The position numbers were made by a program, and so were the translations under genes. The notes under the pieces were generated by a model. It did no database searches and was not told the origin of the DNA. It was given only the letters and a program-made list of their open reading frames with translations. This document shows positions 38,562-48,803 of a stretch of DNA of 64,000 bases, one piece after another; position 1 is the first letter of the stretch, and the number at the start of each line of letters is the position of its first letter. Location of the stretch: positions 124,001-188,000 of the IMG/VR virus record IMGVR_UViG_3300048924_000191; one strand, written 5' to 3'.

Positions 38562-40547
38562 TCAGATCTGCGACAGGCAGTCCATCAAGTGCTGATCGCG
38601 GTCCGTGTTCAGGTATTGCTCCATGTCGTTCAGTGCGGCTGCACCGCCTTGATACGCCAGGAGTGGTCCCATGGAACGGTACTGCATGATCTGGTCGTAC
38701 TTACCGAAACGTGCAGGCTCACCCAGAGGAGGAATCCGCATGTCAGTGGTTGCGTAACGACCAACCAGCATCGACGTCATTACGACGGCGCAGTGAGTGA
38801 ATGCCACAGGAACCTTGGCGGTCTCTGCAATCAGCTCGTGCATGTCCAACAAAGCTTCTGTTGGATCGTCGTAGTGCCGCAGTTGTTTCAAACCACCCAG
38901 ATGCCGCATGGAGGAATCGCGGGTGGAACGGATGAACACCTCGATTTCAGCAGCCAGGTCTTTCATGGAGGTCTGGCGGTTCGGCAATGCGAACGCTGAC
39001 TTCTTGAAATCCCATTCGTCCAGTTCGATGTGATAGTAACCATCGTCACGGATCTTGAACTTCTGATCGAGGAAGAAGCGCAGGAACTCGCTGGTGAGGT
39101 AGGACAGACGACCACCACGGGATACGGCTACGTGATAGCGCTGTGGGTTCTTCCCTTCCTCAGCCGCTGCGATTTCGAACGTCACATCCTTGAACTGACT
39201 GAGGCGGGCTGCCGCAGCCGGCTCGGTGATGTGGGACGCTTTCATCGTCGGCAGGCGCGATGCGTTCAGCAGACCCTGGTGGGCGTTTGCCTTCAGCAAC
39301 AACTTCACGCCTTTCCCTTTCATCTCCGGGTTAAGCCGGATTTCGTTGGGACTTGGTGCGTGGATGATGTACGCCCGTTCTTCCTGGCTGATGTTGATGC
39401 GTTCGATCGAACCCGATGCTTCGGAGTGCTTAACCTTCAGTACCCGCTGCGAGATCACGGACTGAGTCATGGTGGAAGCCAAGTGACCCAGGTTGAACCC
39501 GTACGGGATGTTGAACGCCAGCAGACCGTAACACTTCTCGCAAATACAGTTGTGATGACGGTAGTTGCAGAAGAACGGCAGGCGGAACTGACGAGTTTCC
39601 CCGATCAGGTGCTTGTCGGTCTGGCGGATCGGTTTCAGGCGCTGGGTGTCCGGGTCCAGGTAATAGAGGCCATCCATGTCCTTGAAGCGACTTGGGGTGA
39701 TCTCGATTGTCCCGTACGTCGTTGACCCACAGTCGTTCATAACCAGCAAATCCACCTGGTGGGAACTGAACTGCATTTTCCGGTTAGCGTACTCGGTTTG
39801 CTCAAGCGGCTGACCGGTAAAGATGATCGCCTTCGCAGCCAGCGTCGATTCCATGGCAGCTTCTGCAGCATCGATGATGCCAGAGTGGTAGTTGCCGAGG
39901 ATCGGTTTGCTGTAGCGGTACGAGTCGATGTCGGTGTTGAACCCACGGACCAGCAGGATTTGCAGCAGCTGTTCCATCTTCACCAACTTCGCCCGCAGTT
40001 GCGACACCACGGTATTGCGTTGCAGGAGCGGATCTTTCATCAATACTTCAACGGCTTTGGCATAACCATCGTCGATATTGATGTCCGTCGGATCTGCCAA
40101 GATCTCGTTACGGATCGCAGCGATCGGTGGATAGAAGTACAGCTCGTCGTAAGTGAACGAGTTAGCCCCGCGCACGTATTCCGAATACTCCGTACTCCAC
40201 TCGTTGTACAGTTTCTGCATCGTCTCGTAGACGGTTCGCCAGACTTCCTCGCGGTTGTAGTCCGGATCTCCGTAGTAGAGGATGTGGATGTCCTCCACGA
40301 TTGCAGACATGATGTCCTGGAGACGATCGTTCGACAGCGATCCTGTCCCGACGTGATGTCGTTTCAGAACGTCCAGCTTTGGGTACCTGGCATGGATAGA
40401 CCAGATTCGGAATGAGTCCTCCGTTCGATACGTGTTGGTAACGATCTCGTCACCATCATCGAAGATGAGCTTGAACTTCTCCAGATTCCCGCACGGCCAA
40501 CGATGGCGTGGGGTATCCAGCAATGTTCTGGCTTGAAATGAGCGCAT
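38562..40547 (-). CDS. Non-virion RNA polymerase beta' C-terminal subunit (phiKZ gp74-like)
   Basis: TEYANRKMQ, NDCGS, CNY..CICEKCYG, ISQRVLKVKH. Confidence 0.88.
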   Translation of the reverse strand: MRSFQARTLLDTPRHRWPCGNLEKFKLIFDDGDEIVTNTYRTEDSFRIWSIHARYPKLDVLKRHHVGTGSLSNDRLQDIMSAIVEDIHILYYGDPDYNREEVWRTVYETMQKLYNEWSTEYSEYVRGANSFTYDELYFYPPIAAIRNEILADPTDINIDDGYAKAVEVLMKDPLLQRNTVVSQLRAKLVKMEQLLQILLVRGFNTDIDSYRYSKPILGNYHSGIIDAAEAAMESTLAAKAIIFTGQPLEQTEYANRKMQFSSHQVDLLVMNDCGSTTYGTIEITPSRFKDMDGLYYLDPDTQRLKPIRQTDKHLIGETRQFRLPFFCNYRHHNCICEKCYGLLAFNIPYGFNLGHLASTMTQSVISQRVLKVKHSEASGSIERINISQEERAYIIHAPSPNEIRLNPEMKGKGVKLLLKANAHQGLLNASRLPTMKASHITEPAAAARLSQFKDVTFEIAAAEEGKNPQRYHVAVSRGGRLSYLTSEFLRFFLDQKFKIRDDGYYHIELDEWDFKKSAFALPNRQTSMKDLAAEIEVFIRSTRDSSMRHLGGLKQLRHYDDPTEALLDMHELIAETAKVPVAFTHCAVVMTSMLVGRYATTDMRIPPLGEPARFGKYDQIMQYRSMGPLLAYQGGAAALNDMEQYLNTDRDQHLMDCLSQI

Positions 40548-40577
40548 ACATCAGGTCTCCTTTTGTTACAGCTCTCC

Positions 40578-42731
40578 CTAGTCCCGGGAGAGCTGCTTGC
40601 CAGAACAGTAGAAGTGGTGGGCAATGAAGTTGGCTGGGCGGTGTCCCACAGGCCGGAACTTGCGACGATCGATCAACCGTGGAATGTTGGTCGGCGTGCG
40701 AGTGTCCAGGATTGTGTTTACTGCTTCTTTGTGGACCACCGGGTTGTTGTTCATTTCCATGACGTCAGCTACTACGCCCGGCCCTACCGACTTGGCTTCG
40801 CCACGAGCCTCAGCTTCACCGGTAGACCGAGTACCGGTCTCACGCGCTGGGGTCGAGTGCTTGTCCGCATTGGTCAGCTTCGAGGTTACGCCGAAGTGGT
40901 TGGTCTTCGCCGAGGAAACACCAGAACCGTCCGCAGCAGTCTTCTCCAGTACCATGTACGGGTTAGGGCCGATGAGGAACGAGTCTTTGGTACGAGTGCG
41001 CTTCCCAGCGTGGTCGACGTACCAGACAGGCGACATTTTCGGGCAGTAATCGGAATGACGGATCGTGTGGATCACCTCAGCCATATCCAGGCCTTGGTCA
41101 GACCGCATCCGAAGGAACAGGCCATAAGGCTCGTTACCATCGAGAATGACTTCCACCAGATGACGCAGGTGACGACCACTCGGAATGACGGACGGCTTGG
41201 CCAGATACTTGCCTTCACCAGTCGGTGCTACCAGCTTGTAGAAACCCATCAGCCATTCAAACTGTTTAAGGCCGTTTTCCGCGTTCTTCTTGGCGTGGAC
41301 CACCTTCTCTACTTCGTCACGTTCCAGAACCGCATGGGTATCCAGACCGTAGCTGTGACGAATAGTGCGGATGATATCACGACCAGCTGCACCGATACAC
41401 GCCGAATGGTCACGGGCATTATTCTGCCGGTTCACAGTGGAGCCGTCGAACGTTACCACGTCTGCACGGTTGCCGAAGTCATCGATGGGCATGTCTTCGT
41501 CTTCAGTTACCTGAGAGACTACGCCTTTACCACCGTTTTCGTCGGAGAGTTTCGGACCGTCACCAATAGACGTCATGTACCGGTAGGTGATGTCCACCCG
41601 ATACTCGTCCATGGTGCTACCACGGTAGTTGGTCTTCGCTCGCAGGATATCCACGTACTCTTTGTCGCAGATACCTTCTTCAACCAGGTAGTCGCCTGCA
41701 AAGACAATGGCTTCATCCAGCAGCACGCGCAGCTGGTCAGTCATGTCGATGTCATCGCTTTCCCGTATAACGCCACCACGGCGCGCTAGACACGCTTTAA
41801 CGATCGCCATGTAGAACCGGCGGTCTGCTTCGTAATACTTACGCAGCTGGCGTGTCATGGCCTCTGGGAGGCGCTTGTTCGGTGCATGTGGGTTGTGATA
41901 CACCTTGATGTCCACAACTTCCGCATCTACCTTCCCGTACGTCAGGATGTCCAGGTTGTACACCGGCTTGAACAGACGCTTCTCGGTCATGTAGACCGCG
42001 TCAAGCTTCGCATCGAACGGGCGGAGCGCACAGATCAAACCGTTGCTCTGGATTCGCTCACCGATATCAGGGATCGGTCGATACGCCTGACTGTTCCCGT
42101 AACTGTTGATCGGATAATGCGAACGACCGAACTCAAACGTCCTGGTCTCGAATGCCGTACTGCGCATCCGGTTGGCAAACGATCGGGAGATCTTGATGGC
42201 GTCTTCAGTCACTGCCGGATCAGACATCCGGATGACGTTGACTTCCATACAGCTCATGTAATCGCCATCGTCGGTAATGGCCGGCGATGTTGCGATCACC
42301 GTACCGGCTTTGAACTTCGGCCGGTGCTCGGTCTTCAGACGTTCGTACAACTCTTCACGAAACTTGAACTCGAATCCATAATGCTGGTGCATTACGTGAA
42401 ACTTAGTCAGCTCAACAAACCCCAGTTGTTCGGTGCGGTAGTCCTCGTAGATGACGATGTCCTTCGGGTTCAGCGCGAAATCTTCGCCGAACTTCTCCCC
42501 CTGAAAGCGAGGGATAACTGCCAGAACGACACAGTCGGTTGGAAACGTATGACTGAAGGTACCTTTTGCGAATTCACGGTCAAGGCCAGAACGTTGACGC
42601 TTCCTGGTCAGACCGGCGGTAACCAGACGCTGATCCTGGTTACCTGTAAACATGGCTTGGCGGGCACCAGCCACGCAGTGAAACAGAGCGTTCATCCCGC
42701 TGATCGGGACCATCTCCGGTGGAATGAGCAT
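40578..42731 (-). CDS. Non-virion RNA polymerase beta C-terminal subunit (phiKZ gp71-73-like), uninterrupted
   Basis: ARQAMF, TEDAIKISRSFA, GPKLSDENGGKGVVS, GNRADVV, YMVLEK, TGEAEAR; AAGGGAG SD at ATG 42731. Confidence 0.9.
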   Translation of the reverse strand: MLIPPEMVPISGMNALFHCVAGARQAMFTGNQDQRLVTAGLTRKRQRSGLDREFAKGTFSHTFPTDCVVLAVIPRFQGEKFGEDFALNPKDIVIYEDYRTEQLGFVELTKFHVMHQHYGFEFKFREELYERLKTEHRPKFKAGTVIATSPAITDDGDYMSCMEVNVIRMSDPAVTEDAIKISRSFANRMRSTAFETRTFEFGRSHYPINSYGNSQAYRPIPDIGERIQSNGLICALRPFDAKLDAVYMTEKRLFKPVYNLDILTYGKVDAEVVDIKVYHNPHAPNKRLPEAMTRQLRKYYEADRRFYMAIVKACLARRGGVIRESDDIDMTDQLRVLLDEAIVFAGDYLVEEGICDKEYVDILRAKTNYRGSTMDEYRVDITYRYMTSIGDGPKLSDENGGKGVVSQVTEDEDMPIDDFGNRADVVTFDGSTVNRQNNARDHSACIGAAGRDIIRTIRHSYGLDTHAVLERDEVEKVVHAKKNAENGLKQFEWLMGFYKLVAPTGEGKYLAKPSVIPSGRHLRHLVEVILDGNEPYGLFLRMRSDQGLDMAEVIHTIRHSDYCPKMSPVWYVDHAGKRTRTKDSFLIGPNPYMVLEKTAADGSGVSSAKTNHFGVTSKLTNADKHSTPARETGTRSTGEAEARGEAKSVGPGVVADVMEMNNNPVVHKEAVNTILDTRTPTNIPRLIDRRKFRPVGHRPANFIAHHFYCSGKQLSRD

Positions 42732-42765
42732 TTGACTCTCCCTTGCGGCCTTATACTTCAATTAG

Positions 42766-42788
42766 GTAATGTATTACCCAAACTCTTT
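42766..42788 (-). promoter_or_regulatory. Putative early promoter AAAGA-N8-AATACATTAC
   Basis: Motif copy 35 nt upstream of nvRNAP beta gene. Confidence 0.65.
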
Positions 42789-42801
42789 AGGGAATATTGC
42801 G

Positions 42802-43146
42802 ATGTCTCTTCTCGACAGCATGGCGGTAGCATCTCCAGACGCGTACACCCTGACCGAGGATTACCGCATTTTCGTGGAATCCATGACTGGTTGGTTACGC
42901 ACTCAATCACAAGACCGGGTGGTTTCCATCATTCCAGAGACCGGTTATCTCTACCGGTTTGATCTAACGTCGTTCCTGCTCGACAATAAAGTGCCTTTGG
43001 AGGACCATTGGCTCGTTATGCGGGTCAATGGAATGACCACGCCCCAAGAGTTCGATGAAACAGTAACGGCGCTGATCGTCCCTGCTCAAGAGTTGATCAC
43101 GCGTTTGAAGCAGGCCTACCGTACAAAGCTCACGGCAAGCGGGTAA
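42802..43146 (+). CDS. Small protein on the opposite strand, LysM/T4 gp53-like wedge candidate
   Basis: YRFDL..HWLVMRVNGMTTP..LIVP pattern. Confidence 0.5.
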   Translation: MSLLDSMAVASPDAYTLTEDYRIFVESMTGWLRTQSQDRVVSIIPETGYLYRFDLTSFLLDNKVPLEDHWLVMRVNGMTTPQEFDETVTALIVPAQELITRLKQAYRTKLTASG

Positions 43147-43194
43147 AAGAAAGAAAGAAGAGCGGGGAGGTCACCCTCCCCGCTTTATGCCGTC
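43145..43194. terminator. Bidirectional hairpin (A-rich / TATGCCGT)
   Basis: AGCGGGGAGG-tcac-CCTCCCCGCT-TTATGCCGTC. Confidence 0.85.
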
Positions 43195-43202
43195 AGCAAC
43201 CG

Positions 43203-44462
43203 TTACCAGTCGCGGCGGCTGCTGCTACCGCGACGGTCATCACGGCTGTCACGGCTGTCACGACGGAACGGATTGCCCGAACGGCGGTCGTCACGACGAT
43301 CATCCCGACGGTCGTCGCGGTCACGATCCCGATCACGGTCGCGGCGGTCATCGCTACGGGAGCTCTTGCCTTTCAGCAGGTCTCCCATGGACTTACCGCT
43401 GGAACGACGCGATTCACGGCGATCGCTGTCATCGTCATCCCACGGCAGGTCGACGTCTTTCTTCTCGCTTCTTTCACGACGCTCACCAGCACCGACGTCG
43501 TCAGCGTCCGATTCGTAAACCGAGGAAGCGTTACTGCTTTCTTCTTCGATCTCGTCATCGTCCACACCAACGTTGCCAGGCAGCGCAGGTACAGAGACGC
43601 CGTAGGTACGGACGAACTCATCGAACTTCGGCAGGTGGTGCGCCCATTCCAGACCGTACTTCAGGGGGGTCAGGGTTTGGCAGGCCTTGCCGTGGATTTC
43701 GATCAGCTTGTTCTGCCGCTCGGCCAGTGCGTCGAAGGACTTCAGCAGGGAGTTCAGGTACGGTGCATCACCATCCTTGACGCTCTGCGTGTACAGGGTG
43801 TTGCGTTCTTCTTCATTGCCCAGGACGTACTCGAGCAGAGCGATGATCAGCGCCTTGTCCTTGGTCTTGCGCGGCATCTTCACGCCGAAGAAGGTGGTTG
43901 GGTCGGATGCGTCGTCGTTCTCCATGAATGGGAACGATACCTGGCAGGTACGCAAGGCTCCGTCTTTACCGCCGTTCTGGAGGAACAGGTTGATGAACCG
44001 TTTCTCCGGAACATTGCTGGTGGCCTTGAGCACAGCGCGCAGGGTCTTCAGCGTGGTGGCATCGAACTCCTGACCGTTGAACAACGACAGGTATTGTGCG
44101 GCCTTGGCCGACAGCGGCTTCTGACGCTTGGTGTCGGATGCCAGTTCGCCCAGTGCGTCGATGATCGACTTGAAGGTTTCTTTGGTGCGCTCGACGATGT
44201 AGTTCTTCAGCGCGTTGAGGATTGGGGATGGACCCTGGGTGATCTGTTCGCATTCTGGGTGGAACGCAATGCGCTCTTCCCAGTCGCCTTCGCGCAGCAG
44301 GTTCTTCAGAGTCAGGACCAGGCGCTTACCGCCGATGGTTACCGGAGTAGGGGAACCGGCCAGATCGACCAGCATGAAACCGTTATCGTCCTTGTCGTAA
44401 ATGCCGACATCGAGCAACAGACTGCGGTCAAACTCCAGTTTGGTATCCAGTTTGGAGGACAT
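43203..44462 (-). CDS. Conserved core protein (phiKZ gp70-like) with long RD-rich tail
   Basis: GKRLVL, IAFHPECE, GPSPILN, VSFP; synteny after PicA. Confidence 0.7.
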   Translation of the reverse strand: MSSKLDTKLEFDRSLLLDVGIYDKDDNGFMLVDLAGSPTPVTIGGKRLVLTLKNLLREGDWEERIAFHPECEQITQGPSPILNALKNYIVERTKETFKSIIDALGELASDTKRQKPLSAKAAQYLSLFNGQEFDATTLKTLRAVLKATSNVPEKRFINLFLQNGGKDGALRTCQVSFPFMENDDASDPTTFFGVKMPRKTKDKALIIALLEYVLGNEEERNTLYTQSVKDGDAPYLNSLLKSFDALAERQNKLIEIHGKACQTLTPLKYGLEWAHHLPKFDEFVRTYGVSVPALPGNVGVDDDEIEEESSNASSVYESDADDVGAGERRERSEKKDVDLPWDDDDSDRRESRRSSGKSMGDLLKGKSSRSDDRRDRDRDRDRDDRRDDRRDDRRSGNPFRRDSRDSRDDRRGSSSRRDW

Positions 44463-44500
44463 GTGTTACCTCGTGATTTTCCTAATGGGTGTAGCGTGAC

Positions 44501-46081
44501 TTACCAGTCACGCTGCGAACGGGTGCGGCGATCACTGCGACGGTCGTCGCTGCGGTCGTCTCGATCTCGGGTCCGATCATCGCGTGCGCTGCGCATGTCG
44601 GAGGACAAGCTGATCTTCGGCGAGTCCGTGTGGGTAGGCATTGCATCCAGACGACGGGCGGACAGTTCTGCTGCCAGGCCGACGATACCTTTGGCCAAGG
44701 AGTCGAATGCCTTGTTGTCGGTTTCCAGCGTAGGCGCAACTGCGCCGGACATGCATGCCGGGAACTCGAAGTAGGCTTCTTCGCCATGGTCGATACGAAT
44801 CCAGATCTTGATCAACCGGTCCAGGTTCGCATCGATACGGGCAGTCACTTGGAATCGACCACCGCAGGTCGCTTCGCGCAACAGGATGTTGCTGCAAGCG
44901 CTCTCGAAATAAGGCCAGCTGCCTTGAGTCGAGATACCGTCTACGAATGGCCAGACCTTGGAGATCTCGACTTCGTTCTGACCGCTACGGACAGTACTGT
45001 CGAGAACCAAGTGCTCTACCTCGTTGTACATCGACTGAATCATCAGGTTCGGCAACGACTGAGCGATGATGCGAGCCGCTACAGTTTCGTTGTCGGTACC
45101 GTTCCAGCCCGCCTGGTTTGCCAGACTGATACCGCGACCACCACGCCCAGTGCGGCCAAAGATGATCTTGTCCCAGTCGTAGTCTGGGTTCATCCGCTGA
45201 AGCTGACCGAAGGTGATGTAGCCGTCATCCAGGATGCGGTACTGTTCCTTCATCTGTTCGATCCACGGATCGAGTTCCAGATCGTTCTCCTCGACACGAT
45301 CATGGGCATGGTTCAGCGTATCGTGCTGACCCTCGTCGTAGTGGTGTGCTTGCTCAGGATCGGCTGCAGAAGCCATGTACGCCGACAGAGTCCGCGACAG
45401 ATACATCGAGGTGCTGTTGTTATCCAGCGTCGATGCTTTCAGCTGACTGGTAAACGCACCACACATGTTGGTAACGTTCTCATCACCGCTGAAGTGCTTG
45501 GCAAACTGCGTAGCGCCAGTACGACGACGGAAGATATCCGTCGGACGCAGACTGACTGGCCGATCCCGCAGACCGATGTTGTCGCGATCGTAACCGGTCA
45601 ACGAAGCACGGTTGAGGATCTGGTCATGCGCCTGGATCTTCGGTACCCACACGTTACGGTCGCGGTGACGCGACTCGTTCATGTGAACGCGAGTCACCTT
45701 GTCGAAGTACAGCTTCATCTTCTTGTCGAAGACGATCTTCGAATCGGTACCGGCATGCATGTCCTCGTCAGTGGTGCCGACGATGTAGTGGTACGTCTTG
45801 CTGTGGTTACGGTTGTTGACCGCAATCACCATGGCGAAAGCCAAGCGGTCGGCATCCCAACCGTTCGCAACGTGAGATTTGATCCGCCGCTCACGGGCGG
45901 TGTTCGGTACGAACAGACCGGCTGCGGTTTTGGCCAGACGGAACGGTGACACGTTGGTGCCTTCGTTGGTCGCTTTGGCGAACTCGTCGACCATGTGCTT
46001 ACGCAGGTCCAACGCATGCGGGGTGATCGGAATATCCAACTGTGGGGCCAGTTGGGTAAAGACCAGTTTAATAAGTTCCAC
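44501..46081 (-). CDS. picA: Phage-nucleus protein importer PicA/Imp1 (phiKZ gp69-like)
   Basis: Position between gp68-like and gp70-like genes; ANGW...RLAF, YIVGTTD, LRPTDIF motifs. Confidence 0.75.
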   Translation of the reverse strand: MELIKLVFTQLAPQLDIPITPHALDLRKHMVDEFAKATNEGTNVSPFRLAKTAAGLFVPNTARERRIKSHVANGWDADRLAFAMVIAVNNRNHSKTYHYIVGTTDEDMHAGTDSKIVFDKKMKLYFDKVTRVHMNESRHRDRNVWVPKIQAHDQILNRASLTGYDRDNIGLRDRPVSLRPTDIFRRRTGATQFAKHFSGDENVTNMCGAFTSQLKASTLDNNSTSMYLSRTLSAYMASAADPEQAHHYDEGQHDTLNHAHDRVEENDLELDPWIEQMKEQYRILDDGYITFGQLQRMNPDYDWDKIIFGRTGRGGRGISLANQAGWNGTDNETVAARIIAQSLPNLMIQSMYNEVEHLVLDSTVRSGQNEVEISKVWPFVDGISTQGSWPYFESACSNILLREATCGGRFQVTARIDANLDRLIKIWIRIDHGEEAYFEFPACMSGAVAPTLETDNKAFDSLAKGIVGLAAELSARRLDAMPTHTDSPKISLSSDMRSARDDRTRDRDDRSDDRRSDRRTRSQRDW

Positions 46082-46111
46082 GTTGACTCTCCCTTGGGTC
46101 GATGTATCGAA

Positions 46112-47776
46112 TTAGCGGCTGAAATCGTTGAGCTTGATCAGCAACTGCGCGCACTGGTCGCGGAAGTCGGGCGAGACTTCAATTCGTTTGGTCTTGTCGC
46201 TGCGATAGTAGCTCGCAGCCAGTTCTTTGCAGCACCGTGGTTCCCACTCGTTCTTGATGAACTCGTTGGCCACCATGTCGATGCCGCGGACGGCCGTGTT
46301 GACAGCCAGGGTTACGTCAGAGCCTTTGCTATCGGTGTAGTCGTACGGACTGATGGCTTGAAGCGTTTGGATGTTGGCGTTACTGACGGGCAATCGAGTA
46401 ACTCCCATCAACATCTCGCCATCGGCCAATTCGATCTTCTTGGCAGTCAGCAGAATCGCCAACTGCGGAAGACCCCACTCCCACAGTACCGCCTGAGCGA
46501 TACCCATGGAAACCAGAAGCGGTTCTTTACGGTCGTAGACTTCAACGATACAACCAGCAATAACGGTTGACATGATCCAGATGCAAAGGGTCGTCTGGGC
46601 TTCTGTCGGGATGAATCGGTCGATAGCCATGGTGCTACTGACGCACATCTCGATCCGTTCTTTGCTGAGGTTCGGTTCGATCGTCTGCGCGGCATTGATG
46701 TACCGCATGACGTACTTCTGACTGATCATGAGATCGCCAGCCGAAACCTGCTCTTTCATTTTGTACACGCAGAGCACCGAGCTGTTATCATCCAGCGCAG
46801 TTTCTGCGTCCACCTTCGGTTTGATGTTGCTGCCGAAGACGGAAGGTTTACGGTTGTTGTTGGAGCAGCAGTAGTTGAAGATAATCTTCATCATGTGCTG
46901 TTTGTCATGCTCCGGCGACAGTGGGGCTACTGCCGCTTTCCGGATCAGGCCTTGCGCCATCAGGTATTCAGGCACTTCATCGCTGGACAGGTGTTTGAAC
47001 GACACCGCGAGTTCGTACTCTTCTTCCTTCAGGTTTGCCGCAAGATACGTCTCCAACCGTGCGAAGACCGAGAGGTTCGGTTCTTCATCATCCAACACAT
47101 CGCCAAACCAACGAGAGTCTGGGGAGATTATCCCTTGTGCTCGATAGATAGACGACTTGGCCAGGAGCTTATAAGCATTGAGCTCCTTCATGGAGATCCG
47201 ATCTTCCTTACCAGAGATTGGCAGGTATCGGCCCCAGACCGGGATCATCAGACGCAGGCCGAGTGCAACGGCCACGAGATCGATGTACTCGTTACGCAGA
47301 TAGGTCCGCTGCATGTAGCGCGGCGTAACCTTGTCGGCTGTGGCGTAACTGTCCATTAAGTCAGCTGGAATCTTGAACTTGCGGCTGAACACCACAAACT
47401 CTCGCAGATCCTCGAACTTGACAATCTCGTAAATCCTGGCGACTTGCTCAGACAGCAACTCCGCCAGAAGTTTCGAACTGCTGACGCCTTCAGCTGACAT
47501 TTCGGTTGTCCCGAACTGGCTGAAGATTTCATCGATTCGATAATAAATTTCGTACATCGTGTCCTGCTGATCTTTAGTCAACTTCTGCAGGAACTCGTTG
47601 ATCTCCTCGAACAGTTCTACGCGGACACCGGTTTCAGAAGTATCGTCTTCCTTCATTGCACCGGGTTTTGCGGTAGAATAACCTTTGGCTGAGAATGTCA
47701 GCTCTTCTTCTGTCCCATGTCGAATCGACACGAGAGAAAAACTGCTCTTCGTAAAACCCGTGATGACAAGTTCCAT
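46112..47776 (-). CDS. nvRNAP promoter-specificity (sigma-like) subunit, phiKZ gp68-like
   Basis: LFEEINEFL, RTYLRNEYIDL, MIPVWGRY; GGAG SD at ATG 47776; synteny. Confidence 0.78.
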   Translation of the reverse strand: MELVITGFTKSSFSLVSIRHGTEEELTFSAKGYSTAKPGAMKEDDTSETGVRVELFEEINEFLQKLTKDQQDTMYEIYYRIDEIFSQFGTTEMSAEGVSSSKLLAELLSEQVARIYEIVKFEDLREFVVFSRKFKIPADLMDSYATADKVTPRYMQRTYLRNEYIDLVAVALGLRLMIPVWGRYLPISGKEDRISMKELNAYKLLAKSSIYRAQGIISPDSRWFGDVLDDEEPNLSVFARLETYLAANLKEEEYELAVSFKHLSSDEVPEYLMAQGLIRKAAVAPLSPEHDKQHMMKIIFNYCCSNNNRKPSVFGSNIKPKVDAETALDDNSSVLCVYKMKEQVSAGDLMISQKYVMRYINAAQTIEPNLSKERIEMCVSSTMAIDRFIPTEAQTTLCIWIMSTVIAGCIVEVYDRKEPLLVSMGIAQAVLWEWGLPQLAILLTAKKIELADGEMLMGVTRLPVSNANIQTLQAISPYDYTDSKGSDVTLAVNTAVRGIDMVANEFIKNEWEPRCCKELAASYYRSDKTKRIEVSPDFRDQCAQLLIKLNDFSR

Positions 47777-47809
47777 CAAGTACTCCGATGTATGGGTTCG
47801 TTCGAGTTG

Positions 47810-47832
47810 ATAATGTATCGTTGTAAATCTTT
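47810..47832 (-). promoter_or_regulatory. Putative early promoter AAAGA-N8-GATACATTAT
   Basis: Motif copy 34 nt upstream of gp68-like gene. Confidence 0.65.
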
Positions 47833-47930
47833 GGACATTATATATGGCGGCACAGTAAGTTTTAACCGTGAGCGGCATACAGGACTGTCCTCTACATGCC
47901 CATGGACATGTAGAGGATCGAGGTAACCTA

Positions 47931-48746
47931 TCAGTAAGGCAGGTCTTCGTCGAACGAATCGAAGCTATCGTGACCAGGTGCCGCTGGAGCTTGAGCTTGA
48001 GATTGTCCTTGCCCTTGCTGCTGGTATTGCTGTTGACCGCCTCCACCACCTCCGCCACCATTGTTGCGGTTCTGGTACTGGCCGCCACCACCGCCACCAC
48101 CGCCGTTATTGCGCTGAGCGCGTTCGGCTTGTTGCTTGAGGCGCCATTCCTTCTTGTATTCCGGTTCTTTCCAGTCGCGCTCGACTTTATTGACCAGAAT
48201 GGTTTTCCACATCTCGGCCCAGGCCAGTGCCGCTTCGGACGAACTGATGTCGACAGACACCGGCTGGCCGTTTTGGGTAATAGCCATGTAGTCGTTCTGC
48301 TTGAAGTCGAAGCGCATTTCTGGCTTGTTGCGAGCAGTCACCGACAGGGAAACCTGACCATCTGCACGCTTCTCGATGAGCATGCGGCCGACGTGCAGCT
48401 TTTCCTTGGACTTGACGTTCTTGCCCTGACCGCGATCGTAGACCCACGGGTGACCGTAGATATCGGTTTCAAACGCCAGACCACCGCCTTGATGGCTGGC
48501 TACCCGACGGATCAAGTTCAGAACGGTGAGCATGTTGGCGAGCATGATCGGCATCTCGACATCGACTTTGTAGCCTTTGTCGGTCTTGGTGCCGGAGTCG
48601 ACGGTCAGGATCGGGCCGTTTTCGTCGAAGGAGAACTTGCCGCGAATTGGGAAACCGTCGGGCCGGATAGGCGGACCCCAAAGCATCAAAGCCTTGTCGT
48701 CGGTTACGTCATAGTCGCGGGGCGGTTTGCGTGGAGCTTGGCTCAT
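47931..48746 (-). CDS. chmC: Nucleus-associated nucleic-acid-binding protein ChmC (phiKZ gp67-like)
   Basis: Immediately upstream of gp68-like and picA; G/Q/N-rich disordered tail ending FDEDLPY. Confidence 0.68.
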   Translation of the reverse strand: MSQAPRKPPRDYDVTDDKALMLWGPPIRPDGFPIRGKFSFDENGPILTVDSGTKTDKGYKVDVEMPIMLANMLTVLNLIRRVASHQGGGLAFETDIYGHPWVYDRGQGKNVKSKEKLHVGRMLIEKRADGQVSLSVTARNKPEMRFDFKQNDYMAITQNGQPVSVDISSSEAALAWAEMWKTILVNKVERDWKEPEYKKEWRLKQQAERAQRNNGGGGGGGGQYQNRNNGGGGGGGGQQQYQQQGQGQSQAQAPAAPGHDSFDSFDEDLPY

Positions 48747-48803
48747 GGTGCCTACCTCTGGGGGTTAATCGGTGAACATCTTATCTAAGAGTTGTGTAAC
48801 GAC

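Noticed and set aside
43203-43440. Short DNA repeats resembling a CRISPR or tandem array
   Set aside because: Degenerate codons of the RD-rich protein tail; no constant repeat-spacer period and no cas genes
47777-48100. N-terminal extensions in the ORF track (gp68-like to 48100, gp89-like to 20286, gp52-like to 58354)
   Set aside because: They cross promoters or overlap neighbouring genes, and better SD-ATG starts lie downstream
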